Positions 50,268 to 60,796 are shown, counted from the first letter of the stretch. The stretch: 64,000 bases of DNA from Hyphomicrobiales bacterium (GCA_031423895.1 JANPGK010000035.1:6720-70719), one strand, 5' to 3'. Notes: a model not told the origin generated them from the sequence alone. Numbers and translations: made by a program.

Positions 50268-50798
50268 ATGGGCGAACCTCTTGAATATGATGTGTTATTT
50301 GGGCATGAACGCATTGCTGCGCGCGTGGATGAATTGGCGCAAGACATTGCCGCCACAGGCCATGTGCAGCTGATTATGGTGGCGCTATTGAAGGGTAGCT
50401 TTTTATTTGCGGCCGATTTAGCACGGGCATTGCACAGCGCGGGCGTGCAGGTCGAGGTCGATTTTCTGCACACCTCAAGCTATAATGGCGCAGAAACAGG
50501 CCGCGCTCAGGTGCAGATCCATGATATGCTAGAGTGCGATATTGCTGGCAAAACCGTGCTGTTGGTTGATGATATTCTCGATTCTGGCCATACGCTGGTG
50601 CAGGTGCTGGCGTTATTGCAGGCCAAACGCCCCGCGCGCATACTCACCTGCGTGTTACTCAATAAGTTGGAGCGGCGCGTTGTGGAGATTACGCCCGATT
50701 TTGTGGGATTCCCATGCCCCAATCGTTATGTGTTCGGCTATGGCATGGATTATGAACATCAGCACCGCGCATTGCCCTATATCGCCGCGCTGAAATAA
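50268..50798 (+). CDS. hpt: Hypoxanthine phosphoribosyltransferase
   Basis: LKGSFLFAADL, LLVDDILDSGHT, GYGMDY. Confidence 0.93.
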   Translation: MGEPLEYDVLFGHERIAARVDELAQDIAATGHVQLIMVALLKGSFLFAADLARALHSAGVQVEVDFLHTSSYNGAETGRAQVQIHDMLECDIAGKTVLLVDDILDSGHTLVQVLALLQAKRPARILTCVLLNKLERRVVEITPDFVGFPCPNRYVFGYGMDYEHQHRALPYIAALK

Positions 50799-50871
50799 AT
50801 GTGCAATGTTCCATTTTTGTTCTTGACAGTGTGAATGCTGTGCGTATGCTCACATAAAAATGAGCATAACA

Positions 50872-52401
50872 ATGGTGGCGCGCGTAACAACAGTTGCATT
50901 TGTGGGGATCGACGCCCGGTTTGTCGATGTGCAGGTGCAGCTTTCGCCTGGCCAACCCGCATTTGCTGTGGTGGGGTTGGGTGATAAGGCCGTGGCCGAA
51001 AGCCGTGAGCGGGTGCGTGCTGCGCTCAACGCAATTGGCTTGGCGCTGCCGCCCAAGCGGATTATTGTGAATCTTGCCCCAGCAGATTTGCCTAAAGAGG
51101 GCAGCCATTATGATGTGCCCATCGCTATGGCATTGATGATGGCTATGGGCGCATTGCCCAAAGATGCCGCCGATGGCTATGTGGTGCTGGGTGAATTGGG
51201 ATTAGATGGCTCAATCGCCGCTGTCACGGGTGTTTTGCCCGCCGCAATGGCCGCCAATGGCCGCAATATGGGACTGATTTGTCCCGCCATCTGTGGACCC
51301 GAAGCCGCATGGGCCAGCCCCGATGCCCCCATTATTGCGGCGCATTCCTTGTTGCAATTGGCCAACCACATTCGTGGCACACAGGTGCTGGCACGCCCCA
51401 CCCCCGCCATTCAAACCAATAGCGGCCCCATGCCTGATCTGCGCGATGTGAAGGGGCAGGAATTGGCCAAGCGCGCGCTGGAAATTGCAGCGGCGGGTGG
51501 TCATAATATGCTCATGTGCGGCGCGCCGGGGGCTGGCAAATCGATGTTGGCGGAGCGATTGCCGTCAATTTTGCCACCGCTGATGCCCGAGGAATTGCTC
51601 GAGGTTTCCATGATTCACTCGGTAGCAGGTATTTTGCCCGGTGGCGCACTCACTGATAAGCGCCCGTTCCGCGCACCGCATCATTCCGCTTCAATGGCGG
51701 CGCTGGTGGGGGGTGGCCTTAAAGCCAAACCGGGCGAGGCTTCGTTGGCGCATAATGGCGTGTTATTCTTGGATGAGCTGCCCGAATTTATGCCCAATGT
51801 GCTCGATGCACTGCGCCAACCTTTAGAGACGGGCGAAATATCTGTGGCGCGCGCCAACCATCATGTCACCTATCCCTCACGGTTTCAGCTCATCGCCGCG
51901 ATGAACCCCTGCCGCTGCGGCAAAGCGGGGAAGCCAGGGCACACCTGCGCGCGCGGGCGGGCGTGCGCGGGTGATTATCAAGCGCGGATGTCGGGGCCAT
52001 TTTTAGACCGTGTCGATTTACACATCGATGTGCCCAGCGTGATGGCCGCTGATTTGATGCTGCCGCCCCCTGTGGAGGGTTCCGCGCATATTGCCCAGCG
52101 GGTGCTGGCTGCGCGCCAATTGCAATTAAAGCGCTTTGTTGAATATGGCCTGAATATTCGCGTGAATGCCCATATTCCTGCCCAGGTGCTCGATGAAATG
52201 GCGCCCATGCGCCGCGATGCCAGCCAATTATTGCAAGATGCCGCCACAAAAATGCGGCTTTCTGCACGCGGCTACACACGGGTGATCAAGGTTGCACGCA
52301 CATTGGCCGATTTAGAGGGGGAGGATTGGCTGCAAAAACACCATATTGGTGAGGCGCTTGGGTTCCGCGCGTTTCAAGATCGAGTGATGCGGGTGGCGTG
52401 A
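50872..52401 (+). CDS. YifB/ComM Mg-chelatase-like AAA+ ATPase
   Basis: NLAPADLPKEGSHYD, GAGKSMLA, FRAPHHSAS, LSARG. Confidence 0.93.
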   Translation: MVARVTTVAFVGIDARFVDVQVQLSPGQPAFAVVGLGDKAVAESRERVRAALNAIGLALPPKRIIVNLAPADLPKEGSHYDVPIAMALMMAMGALPKDAADGYVVLGELGLDGSIAAVTGVLPAAMAANGRNMGLICPAICGPEAAWASPDAPIIAAHSLLQLANHIRGTQVLARPTPAIQTNSGPMPDLRDVKGQELAKRALEIAAAGGHNMLMCGAPGAGKSMLAERLPSILPPLMPEELLEVSMIHSVAGILPGGALTDKRPFRAPHHSASMAALVGGGLKAKPGEASLAHNGVLFLDELPEFMPNVLDALRQPLETGEISVARANHHVTYPSRFQLIAAMNPCRCGKAGKPGHTCARGRACAGDYQARMSGPFLDRVDLHIDVPSVMAADLMLPPPVEGSAHIAQRVLAARQLQLKRFVEYGLNIRVNAHIPAQVLDEMAPMRRDASQLLQDAATKMRLSARGYTRVIKVARTLADLEGEDWLQKHHIGEALGFRAFQDRVMRVA

Positions 52402-52657
52402 AGGGGGCATATGCATCACGCAACTCATTGAAATTACGAGAAATAGCATGTCTTATACACACCCATCGAACTCATGTTACACTATAAACAGATGAAGTTT
52501 CGCAAGAAATTCCATCGCGCTCTTTGACAAGTGAATATAGAAATACGTGCATGGAAATTTGAAACTCCATGTGCAATTGGCAGGCCACATGGCGGAATTG
52601 TGCATATTCCTTCGTGCGGTTTGATGCACCCAATTGCATGTGGTTTTTCTTCCTCCA

Positions 52658-53377
52658 TCACACAATGCTATGCAATTTGCTGGCCTCTTTTTTGAGCCAA
52701 TGCTCTGCCGTTTTCCAGTGTGGGTCGAGGTGCGCCACTGTGCGCCAAAATGCGGCGCTGTGGTCCATATGCTGCAAATGCGCCACTTCATGCGCGGCTA
52801 AATAATGCAGCACTGAGGGTGGCGCCATCACCATGCGCCATGAAAAACTCAGCACTCCTGATGGCGAACATGAACCCCAGCGCGTTTTTGGGTCGTTCAA
52901 CCGAATTTTGCTATGCGGCTTGCCCAAATTGCGCGTGTGGGTTTCCACCGCATGGGTGTAAGCCAGCAAGGCTTGCTTCTTGACATAATCCACCACGCGG
53001 CGCTGCATGTGGCATTCATGCCCTGCCACGCATAATAATGGGGCTTTGCCGTCCTGCTGCTCCACCCACACCACACCACGCGCTTGGGGGCGATGCGCCA
53101 CAATGTGCGGCACGCCCGCGATCGGGATGATGGCGCCATCTGCCAGCTCAACTTTCACCGTCGATTTTTGCAATTGCGCCTCGATCCACCCCGATGAGCG
53201 CCGCAAAAATGAGAAGGCTTCCATACGCGAGCCGCGTTTGGGGATGGTGAGGACAAAATTGGCGCTGGCCACTTTTCGCTTTAATATATAGCGTTTTGCA
53301 CGCGCGCTGCGCCTCACCTCCACCTGAATAGGGGGTGAAATCTCGGAATATGTATGGTGAATCACTTCAAAATTCAT
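52658..53377 (-). CDS. YgjP/DUF45 (M48-like) metal-dependent hydrolase
   Basis: RWGSCS, HEVAHL..MDHS..FW. Confidence 0.88.
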   Translation of the reverse strand: MNFEVIHHTYSEISPPIQVEVRRSARAKRYILKRKVASANFVLTIPKRGSRMEAFSFLRRSSGWIEAQLQKSTVKVELADGAIIPIAGVPHIVAHRPQARGVVWVEQQDGKAPLLCVAGHECHMQRRVVDYVKKQALLAYTHAVETHTRNLGKPHSKIRLNDPKTRWGSCSPSGVLSFSWRMVMAPPSVLHYLAAHEVAHLQHMDHSAAFWRTVAHLDPHWKTAEHWLKKEASKLHSIV

Positions 53378-53452
53378 ACATGCAATGTGGGATGTAACGG
53401 CGCTTTATTCAAGAGGTTGTTTCCTACTCCACAGCATGATACAGCCCATGGC

Positions 53453-54106
53453 ATGAGTACAGATGAACATTTCACGCCGCAGCACATGGCCACCGCACAA
53501 TTGCTGTTTCAAGGCGATGTCACGTTTTTACGGGGCATCACCAAATTAGAGGATTTGCCCGAGGCCAATTTGCCTGAAATTGCGTTTATTGGGCGCTCGA
53601 ATGTGGGGAAATCCAGCCTGATCAACGCCGTGTGTGGGCGTAAAACCACCGCGCGGGTATCGAACACGCCTGGCCGCACGCAAGAGCTAAACTTTTTCCG
53701 TGTGGGCACACGCTTTCATTTGGTGGATATGCCTGGCTATGGCTATGCGAAAGCACCGAAAAAAAAGGTTGATGCGTGGGTGAAACTGGTGCGGAAATAT
53801 TTGCTGGGGCGCACCACGCTCAAGCGGGTGTATTTGCTGATCGATAGCCGCCATGGCATCAAAGAAGCGGATATTGAATTTATGGGAATGCTCAATACGG
53901 CTGCGGTTTCCTATCAATGCGTGCTGACAAAAATCGATAAGATTCATCCCGATGAAGTGGCCAAAATTTTCGAAGCCACCAAGCTGGCATTGGCGAAAAA
54001 CCCTGCCGCCTATCCAATTTTGCTTTCGACTTCTTCAGAAAAAAAACAGGGGATGGAGCTATTGCGCGGCTTTATTTTGAACGCGATTGATGTAACGTCT
54101 CATTAA
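53453..54106 (+). CDS. engB: Ribosome biogenesis GTPase EngB/YihA
   Basis: [26 protein letters not shown]. Confidence 0.94.
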   Translation: MSTDEHFTPQHMATAQLLFQGDVTFLRGITKLEDLPEANLPEIAFIGRSNVGKSSLINAVCGRKTTARVSNTPGRTQELNFFRVGTRFHLVDMPGYGYAKAPKKKVDAWVKLVRKYLLGRTTLKRVYLLIDSRHGIKEADIEFMGMLNTAAVSYQCVLTKIDKIHPDEVAKIFEATKLALAKNPAAYPILLSTSSEKKQGMELLRGFILNAIDVTSH

Positions 54107-54118
54107 CCATAATGGGAG

Positions 54119-54643
54119 ATGCAGATGATTCACTATATGATTTCGCAAACGATATTGGGCAAAACTATTTTGGCACAATCGGATAATGGTCTGTGTTTTG
54201 TGGCAATGGATGACAGCGAGGCTAAACTTGTGGCGGCCTTGCGCGCGAATTACCCAAACTCTGAAATTAAAGCGGCATCCACGAAGCAATTTGCTGATTT
54301 TTCCGCTGCGTTTAGCGTCATTCAGAAATTGGAACCAAATCCAGATTTAAAGCTCTATGTGCAAGGCACCAAGTTTCAACTGGCGGTGTGGCAGCAATTG
54401 TGCCGTATTCCCGTGGGGCAAACGATTACATATTCGGAGCTGGCCAAGCGGATTGGGCAACCCAAAGCCACGCGCGCGGTGGCCAATGCCTGCGGCGCGA
54501 ATCTGTTGGCGGTCATCATCCCCTGCCACCGCGTTGTGCGCAAATCGGGCGATTTGGGCGGCTATGCGTGGGGTGTGGAACGCAAGGCCAAATTGCTAGA
54601 ACTTGAAAAAGCGCAATTTGCCCAAATGTTCAAAGCGGCGTGA
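54119..54643 (+). CDS. ogt: Methylated-DNA--protein-cysteine methyltransferase
   Basis: GTKFQLAVW, RAVANAC, IPCHRV. Confidence 0.9.
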   Translation: MQMIHYMISQTILGKTILAQSDNGLCFVAMDDSEAKLVAALRANYPNSEIKAASTKQFADFSAAFSVIQKLEPNPDLKLYVQGTKFQLAVWQQLCRIPVGQTITYSELAKRIGQPKATRAVANACGANLLAVIIPCHRVVRKSGDLGGYAWGVERKAKLLELEKAQFAQMFKAA

Positions 54644-54685
54644 TTCACCCCTTGCCCTTACGCACTCCATCGCCTAAATAGGGGG

Positions 54686-54778
54686 TGGAGCGTTGGCGCA
54701 GGCGTGTGGTTCGCCAAATGGGTCAGGGTCGGAAGGCAGCAGCCCTAACGAAATTCTGCGGGTTGCGTCGGCGCTCTA
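54686..54778 (+). ncRNA. ffs: Signal recognition particle RNA (4.5S)
   Basis: GGTCAGGGTCGGAAGGCAGCAGCC domain IV motif with pairing ends; upstream of dnaX. Confidence 0.9.
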
Positions 54779-54812
54779 TTGTTTTCGCTGAAACGGCTAC
54801 TCGATGATATTA

Positions 54813-54906
54813 GCCTCATCCCAGTGCCCGAGCGCTAGCGAGGAATAGACACTGGGATCCAGAAATCAAAAGAACTGGATCCTCGGGTCAAGCCCGAGGA
54901 TGAGGC
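54813..54906. repeat. Palindromic element, family B, between ffs and dnaX
   Basis: Reverse-complement relative of 8081-8170 (TGGATCCTCGGGTCAAGCCCGAGGATGAGGC). Confidence 0.9.
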
Positions 54907-54925
54907 AACCCAAGGGCGCACACCA

Positions 54926-56620
54926 TTGATACATTCCACCCCTCATCTTGCCCTTGCCCGTAAATATCGCCCCACAAATTTTGATGATTTGATTGGGCAG
55001 GATGCATTGGTGCGCACGCTGCGCAATGCGTTCACATCTGGCCGCATTCATCATGCCTATATGCTCACGGGGGTGCGCGGTGTGGGCAAAACCACCACGG
55101 CGCGGATTTTGGCACGCGCGCTGAACTATCAGCTCGATGGCCAGCCCGACACAGGCCCCAGTCTCGACATGCCACAATTGGGGGTGCATTGCCCCGCCAT
55201 TTTGGAATCGCGCCATGTGGATGTGCTCGAGATGGATGCCGCCTCGAACACGTCGATCAACGATATTCGTGAGATTATTGAGGCGGTGAAATATAAGCCA
55301 CTCAGTGCCCGCACCAAAGTGTATATCATCGACGAGGTGCATATGCTCTCGACAGCGGCGTTTAACGGCCTGCTGAAAACGCTGGAAGAGCCGCCCCCGC
55401 ATGTAAAATTTATTTTTGCCACCACTGAAATTCGCAAAGTGCCTGTCACCATTTTATCGCGTTGCATGCGGTTTGATTTGCGACGCATTGAGCCAGCGGT
55501 GTTGATGGCGCATTTAAGCGGCATTTGCGTGCAGGAACAAGTGAGCATTGAGCAAGATGCTCTGCGGCTGATCGCGCGGGCGGCCGAGGGTTCGGTGCGC
55601 GATGCGCTGTCGCTGCTCGACCAAGCCATTGCTTATGGCCATAGCAAGGTGTTGGCCGCCGATGTGCAACATATGCTGGGCATTTCCGACGGTGGGCGGC
55701 TGTATAGCGTGTTCGACGCGCTGGCCAAAGCCGATGCGCAAGGCGCGCTGGCCGCGTTTGATGTGCTCTATCAAGATGGCGCCGACCCAGCTGTGGTAGT
55801 GGGCAATTTATTGGAATTTACCCATCAAATTTCCACCGCTAAGGTTTCGGGGTTGGAGGGGCTGGACGATACCGTACACCCTGCCGAGCGCGAGGCGATT
55901 GCGCGGTTTGCCCCGCAGCTGTCCCATGCCGCTTTGCAGCGGATGTGGGCGTTAATGCTGAAGGGCTTGAACGAGGTGGAGGCGGCCAGCGCGCCGCATG
56001 CCAGCGCGCAAATGTTGTTGATCCGCCTATGCTATGCCGCCAGCTTACCTGCGCCAGACGAATTGTTGAAAATGCACCAACACCAACCGATGAGTGACGC
56101 TGTGGTGCATGCCCCTGCTGGGCGGCCAAGTGGTGGTGGGGCAGCTGCGCATGCGGTGCAAATGGCGCCAGTGGCCGCTGTTGCTGCCCAACCAAATACA
56201 TTGCAAAATGCGATGCCCAATACGATTGAGGCATTGCTAGAATTGGCTGAGGCGCGCAAAAAAATTGCGCTCAAAACCATGCTCGAACGCGATGTGCATG
56301 TGGTGGCCTATGCTGCTGGGCGCATTGAAATTCAGCCCGCTGCCCATGCCAGCAAAACGCTTGTGGCCGATTTGCAACGCGGGTTGTTGGAGCTTACACA
56401 AAGCCGCTGGTGGGTGAGCATTAGCCAGCCTGCATCACAAGCCGCAGCGCCTGCCACCACAATTTTCCAAAAGCGGCATCATCAAGAACAAGAACAATTG
56501 GCCAGCGCCGCGCAGCACCCCTTTGTGAAATTGGCGTTAGAGCAATTTGTTGGGGCGAAGCTGCGCAGCGTGCGCGCAATGGATACTGCGATCGAGACCG
56601 AAGGAGAGACAGATGTTTGA
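54926..56620 (+). CDS. dnaX: DNA polymerase III subunit gamma/tau
   Basis: LARKYRP, GVRGVGKTT, IDEVHMLS, LKTLEEPP; TTG start. Confidence 0.96.
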   Translation: MIHSTPHLALARKYRPTNFDDLIGQDALVRTLRNAFTSGRIHHAYMLTGVRGVGKTTTARILARALNYQLDGQPDTGPSLDMPQLGVHCPAILESRHVDVLEMDAASNTSINDIREIIEAVKYKPLSARTKVYIIDEVHMLSTAAFNGLLKTLEEPPPHVKFIFATTEIRKVPVTILSRCMRFDLRRIEPAVLMAHLSGICVQEQVSIEQDALRLIARAAEGSVRDALSLLDQAIAYGHSKVLAADVQHMLGISDGGRLYSVFDALAKADAQGALAAFDVLYQDGADPAVVVGNLLEFTHQISTAKVSGLEGLDDTVHPAEREAIARFAPQLSHAALQRMWALMLKGLNEVEAASAPHASAQMLLIRLCYAASLPAPDELLKMHQHQPMSDAVVHAPAGRPSGGGAAAHAVQMAPVAAVAAQPNTLQNAMPNTIEALLELAEARKKIALKTMLERDVHVVAYAAGRIEIQPAAHASKTLVADLQRGLLELTQSRWWVSISQPASQAAAPATTIFQKRHHQEQEQLASAAQHPFVKLALEQFVGAKLRSVRAMDTAIETEGETDV

Positions 56621-56927
56621 TATGATGGGCATGATGAAAAAAGCGCAAGACATGCAAAAGAAAATGCAGGAATTGCAAGAGAAATTGGCATATGAGCTGG
56701 TGGAAGGTAGCGCGGCACATGGTGCGGTGAAGGTGGTGATGAGTGCCACCGGGCAGATGAAATCGGTGCGGATCGACCCATCTGTGATGGACGACCGCGA
56801 AACATTGGAAGATTTACTGGTGATCGCTTCCGAGGATGCCCGCACCAAAGCCGCAACGCTCACAGCCGAGCGCATGGCGCCGCTTACAGCGGGCTTACCC
56901 ATTCCGCCAGGTATGAAGTTGTTTTGA
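56613..56927 (+). CDS. ybaB: YbaB/EbfC nucleoid-associated protein
   Basis: MMKKAQDMQKKM, LEDLL; between dnaX and recR. Confidence 0.92.
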   Translation: MFDMMGMMKKAQDMQKKMQELQEKLAYELVEGSAAHGAVKVVMSATGQMKSVRIDPSVMDDRETLEDLLVIASEDARTKAATLTAERMAPLTAGLPIPPGMKLF

Positions 56928-56949
56928 GAGTGCGACTGTTATATCACGT

Positions 56950-57025
56950 TCGTCATCCTCGGGCTTGACCCGAGGATCTTTTTTTGATTCAAGTAGATCC
57001 TCGGCTCGGAGGCCGAGGATGACGA
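56950..57025. repeat. Palindromic element, family B (CGTC-type REP dimer)
   Basis: TCGTCATCCTCGGGCTTGACCCGAGGATCT...AGATCCTCGG...CCGAGGATGACGA. Confidence 0.9.
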
Positions 57026-57060
57026 TTTCATAGAGTGTGTGTTCGTAAAAAAGGATAATC

Positions 57061-57663
57061 ATGTCCGTACAAATGGGCCCTGAAATTGAGCGCTTAATTC
57101 AGGTGCTGGCGCGGTTGCCTGGGCTTGGGCCGCGATCCGCTCGACGCGCCGCGCTCATGCTGCTGAAAAAGCGCACACAATTGCTGGAGCCTTTGGCCGA
57201 AGCCGCCGCTCAAGCACTGGCGCGTGTGATGACTTGCCATATATGCGGTACGCTCGATACTGTTTCGCCCTGCTCGATTTGCCAAGATCCCCGCCGCGAC
57301 CATGCCATGCTGGTGGTGGTGGAGGATGTCGCCGATTTATGGGCCTTTGAGCGGGCGCAAGTGCTGCGCTGCCCCTATCATGTGCTGGGGGGCACGCTTT
57401 CCGCGCTTGATGGCATTACGCCAGAACAGTTGAACATTGCGCCATTGATGCAGCGGGTGCAATTGGGCGAGGTGCAGGAGGTGATTTTGGCACTGAACGC
57501 CACCATTGAAGGCCAAACCACCGCGCATTACCTCACAGATTTGCTCACGCCATTGGGTGTGAGGGTGACCCGCCTTGCTGCGGGCGTGCCCATTGGCGGC
57601 GAGCTCGATTATCTCGATGAGGGCACCCTCACCGCCGCAGTGAAGGGGCGATTGGTGTTTTGA
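57061..57663 (+). CDS. recR: Recombination mediator RecR
   Basis: [12 protein letters not shown]4 zinc finger, YHVLGG, EGQTTA. Confidence 0.96.
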   Translation: MSVQMGPEIERLIQVLARLPGLGPRSARRAALMLLKKRTQLLEPLAEAAAQALARVMTCHICGTLDTVSPCSICQDPRRDHAMLVVVEDVADLWAFERAQVLRCPYHVLGGTLSALDGITPEQLNIAPLMQRVQLGEVQEVILALNATIEGQTTAHYLTDLLTPLGVRVTRLAAGVPIGGELDYLDEGTLTAAVKGRLVF

Positions 57664-57732
57664 TTTCATTTTGAAGGATGTTAATACTGCATTCTAAGCT
57701 TAACAGTGCATATCGCTCAGAAAGTTAGCCCA

Positions 57733-57969
57733 ATGAAGTTTGAATATTCCGAGGCCTTTATCAGTGATATCATTCGCATGGCGTGGGCAGATGATATTTC
57801 GTTTGATAAAATTAAACGGGATAGAGGGTTATCTGAAGCCGAGGTTATTAAAATTATGCGCAGCAATTTAAAACCCGGCAGTTTTAAGCTATGGCGCAAG
57901 CGTGTTTCAGGGCGCAGTTCTAAACACGAAAAAAGAGCACAATTACGCGCCCAAGAGGCACAATTATGA
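57733..57969 (+). CDS. TIGR03643 (DUF2805) family protein
   Basis: IIRMAW.D.ISFD.I...GLSE.EVI..MR..LK..SFKLWRKRV. Confidence 0.85.
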   Translation: MKFEYSEAFISDIIRMAWADDISFDKIKRDRGLSEAEVIKIMRSNLKPGSFKLWRKRVSGRSSKHEKRAQLRAQEAQL

Positions 57970-59504
57970 ATGCATTGCGCCTCATTTTTGCTGATCAAAT
58001 CTCGCATAGCATCTCTTCTTTAGGCGAGATTGATGTAGAAAACGATATTGTGATGCTGTGCGAAGTTATGGAAGAAGCGACGTATGTGCCGCACCACCCC
58101 AAAAAAATAGCATTTTTATTTGCCGCAATGCGCCATTTTGCAGCAGAGCTGCACGCTAAAGGGGTGCGTGTTCATTATGTAAAATTAGATGATGCGCGCA
58201 ATACAGGCAATTTTACAGGCGAACTCATAAGGGCGATTGAAGCGCATAACCCGGGCTCAATTATTGTGACAGAGCCGGGGGAATATCGCGTGCGTGAGAT
58301 GATCCGCGCGTGGCGTGATAATTTGAACATATCAATTGAAATTTTGCCCGATACACGGTTTTTGGCCTCCCATACAGATTTTGCTCTGTGGGCGAAGGAT
58401 AAAAAACAGCTGCGAATGGAGTTTTTCTATCGCGAAATGCGCAGAAAACACACTATTTTGCTGGAGCCAGACGGGAAACCAACTGGCGGTGAATGGAATT
58501 ATGATAAAGAAAATCGTAAGCCGCCCAAAATAGGGATGACCTCACCTGCGCGCATTGCCCATGCAAAATCTGAGATGACCAAAGAGGTTTTGCAATTGGT
58601 GACGCAGCGCTTCAGCCATCATTTTGGTACGTTAGAGCCGTTTCATTTTGCTGTGACGCGTGCACAGGCGTTAATTGAGCTGGATCATTTTATCACAGTT
58701 TTGCTGCCAAATTTTGGTGATTATCAAGATGCGATGGTTGCTGGGGAGCCGTATTTATATCACTCACTGATTTCTAGCTATTTAAACTGCGGCTTGCTGC
58801 TTCCACTTGAAATTTGCCAAAAGGCTGAGGCGGCTTACCGACACGGCAAAGCCCCGCTGAATGCGGTTGAAGGGTTTATTCGGCAGATTTTAGGCTGGCG
58901 CGAGTATATACGCGGCATTTATTGGCACTTTATGCCAGAATATGGCCAACGTAATGGGCTCAATGCCACACGAACCCTGCCAGATTTTTATTGGACAGCC
59001 AATACCCACATGTTTTGTGTGGCTGAAACGGTGCGCCACACGCGCGACCATGCCTATTCTCACCATATTCAACGCTTGATGGTCACAGGCAATTTTGCGT
59101 TGTTGGCAGGGCTAGATGTGAACGCTGTGCAGGACTGGTATTTGGCGGTGTATTCAGATGCATATGAATGGGTGGAAATGCCCAACACGTTAGGCATGGC
59201 GCTATTCGGGGATGGCGGTGTGGTTGCGAGCAAGCCTTATGCCGCAAGCGGCAAATATATTCACCGCATGAGTAATTATTGCCAAAAATGTAAGTACAAC
59301 CCCGATGAAATGACAGGAGACTTAGCCTGCCCGTTTAACGCGCTTTATTGGGATTTTTTGGTGCGCCATGAAGATAAATTTCGTGGCAACCAGCGTATGC
59401 CCTATGTGTTTTCAACTTGGGACAAATTTGTACCAGAGCGGCAAGCCGCAATTCGCGCGCAGGCAATCGTAACATTTGAAAAAATGGAGCAAGGAACACT
59501 ATAA
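57966..59504 (+). CDS. Cryptochrome/photolyase, FeS-BCP (6-4) photolyase PhrB type
   Basis: HHPKKI, LRMEFFY, WNYDKENR, EGFIRQILGWREY, HHIQRLM, YC..C, ACPF. Confidence 0.9.
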   Translation: MNALRLIFADQISHSISSLGEIDVENDIVMLCEVMEEATYVPHHPKKIAFLFAAMRHFAAELHAKGVRVHYVKLDDARNTGNFTGELIRAIEAHNPGSIIVTEPGEYRVREMIRAWRDNLNISIEILPDTRFLASHTDFALWAKDKKQLRMEFFYREMRRKHTILLEPDGKPTGGEWNYDKENRKPPKIGMTSPARIAHAKSEMTKEVLQLVTQRFSHHFGTLEPFHFAVTRAQALIELDHFITVLLPNFGDYQDAMVAGEPYLYHSLISSYLNCGLLLPLEICQKAEAAYRHGKAPLNAVEGFIRQILGWREYIRGIYWHFMPEYGQRNGLNATRTLPDFYWTANTHMFCVAETVRHTRDHAYSHHIQRLMVTGNFALLAGLDVNAVQDWYLAVYSDAYEWVEMPNTLGMALFGDGGVVASKPYAASGKYIHRMSNYCQKCKYNPDEMTGDLACPFNALYWDFLVRHEDKFRGNQRMPYVFSTWDKFVPERQAAIRAQAIVTFEKMEQGTL

Positions 59505-59519
59505 AAATCTGGAGGAATG

Positions 59520-59654
59520 ATGCCAAAAGGCATTAAAAAAGCAAATTTGCCTGTGAAAATATGTGCAACATGCGCGAAGCCATTCACATGGCGGAAAAAA
59601 TGGAAGCTAATGTGGGAGCAAGTGAAATATTGCTCCCGCAAGTGCAGGCAATAA
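59520..59654 (+). CDS. DUF2256 family small protein (44 aa, below ORF track cutoff)
   Basis: Manual translation [44 protein letters not shown]; SD GGAGG. Confidence 0.88.
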   Translation: MPKGIKKANLPVKICATCAKPFTWRKKWKLMWEQVKYCSRKCRQ

Positions 59655-59667
59655 TTTTCAGCAGCTA

Positions 59668-59744
59668 TGGCGCACCCGACAGGATTCGAACCTGTGACCC
59701 TTGGAATCGGAATCCAATACTCTATCCAGCTGAGCTACGGGTGC
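59668..59744 (-). tRNA. tRNA-Arg (anticodon CCG)
   Basis: GCACCCGTAGCTCAGCTGGATAGAG...TTGGA-TTCCGAT-TCCAA...GGTTCGAATCC...CCA. Confidence 0.97.
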
Positions 59745-59949
59745 GTATAAGAGCCTGGTTGATTTCTACTGTCATAGGCTGCAAATGGCGTTTTTTATGC
59801 GCTCTGGTGCTCATTTACGTCTATGTAAACTCCGCTCCCGTGCTCTAAAAACACCATTTTCGCTATATGTCAGCGAAATTATATCAGGCTCTAGACGTGT
59901 GATAGCGGAAGATGTGCGCCGCTTCAAGCATTATCCCTATATCACTAAA

Positions 59950-60675
59950 TTAAACATCGCCATGTGTGAGTTGCAACGCTGCCAGTGCGGCCACAAGGGC
60001 GGTGTCGGCACGCAAAATGCGCGGGCCAAGCGATATGGGGAAAATGGCGGGGTGGGCATGCAATTGCGCGCGTTCTTGCACTGAAAAACCGCCTTCTGGA
60101 CCAATGAGCAGCGCCAATTGCTGGTGTTTGGGCACTTCAGCCAAACGTGTCAATAGCGGCACAGTTGGGGCGCTTTCATCACAAAACACCAATATATGTG
60201 TTGCAGGCCATACATCAAGCACGTGCTGTAATGTGGTGGGGGCGTGCAGGTGCGGGAGCGACAAAATACCGCATTGCTCGGCGGCTTCAACACAATAGGT
60301 GTGCAATTTGTCCATATTCACATGGGGCGACTGCGTATGCTGGGTTTTCACAGGCGTGATGCTGCGCGCGCCCATCTCCACCATTTTTTGCACGGCATAT
60401 TCATTGCGGGCGGCTTTGAGCGGCGCAAAATATACATCAACGGTGCCAGTTGGGCTTTGTGGCCGAGTTTGGTGCTGCACCTGCACCGTGGCCTCTTTTT
60501 TATTCACAAGTGCGATGGTGGCGTGCCACTCACCATCAACCCCATTGAACAGCACAATGCCATCACCATGGCGCAAGCGCACCACGCAGCGCACATAATG
60601 GGCTTGGGAGGGTGGCAGGGCAAAACAGGCACCTGCAGCCAAAGGAACATCAACAAAAAGGCGATAAATTTGCAT
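59950..60675 (-). CDS. rsmE: 16S rRNA m3U1498 methyltransferase RsmE
   Basis: EAAEQC, IGPEGGFS, LGPRILRADTA. Confidence 0.95.
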   Translation of the reverse strand: MQIYRLFVDVPLAAGACFALPPSQAHYVRCVVRLRHGDGIVLFNGVDGEWHATIALVNKKEATVQVQHQTRPQSPTGTVDVYFAPLKAARNEYAVQKMVEMGARSITPVKTQHTQSPHVNMDKLHTYCVEAAEQCGILSLPHLHAPTTLQHVLDVWPATHILVFCDESAPTVPLLTRLAEVPKHQQLALLIGPEGGFSVQERAQLHAHPAIFPISLGPRILRADTALVAALAALQLTHGDV

Positions 60676-60796
60676 TATTTCTTCTATCACATTGCATAAA
60701 AATCGCAAATATAGCGGGCGCCGATAGTGCGGCAGGGTTAACACTATCATAAGAAATTGCCCATAAGGTTATGGTGAATAAAGATTTAATGACCGT

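Noticed and set aside
8081-57025. CRISPR array or integron attC cassette array
   Set aside because: Repeats are dispersed, not regularly spaced, flank core genes, and no cas or intI gene is present.
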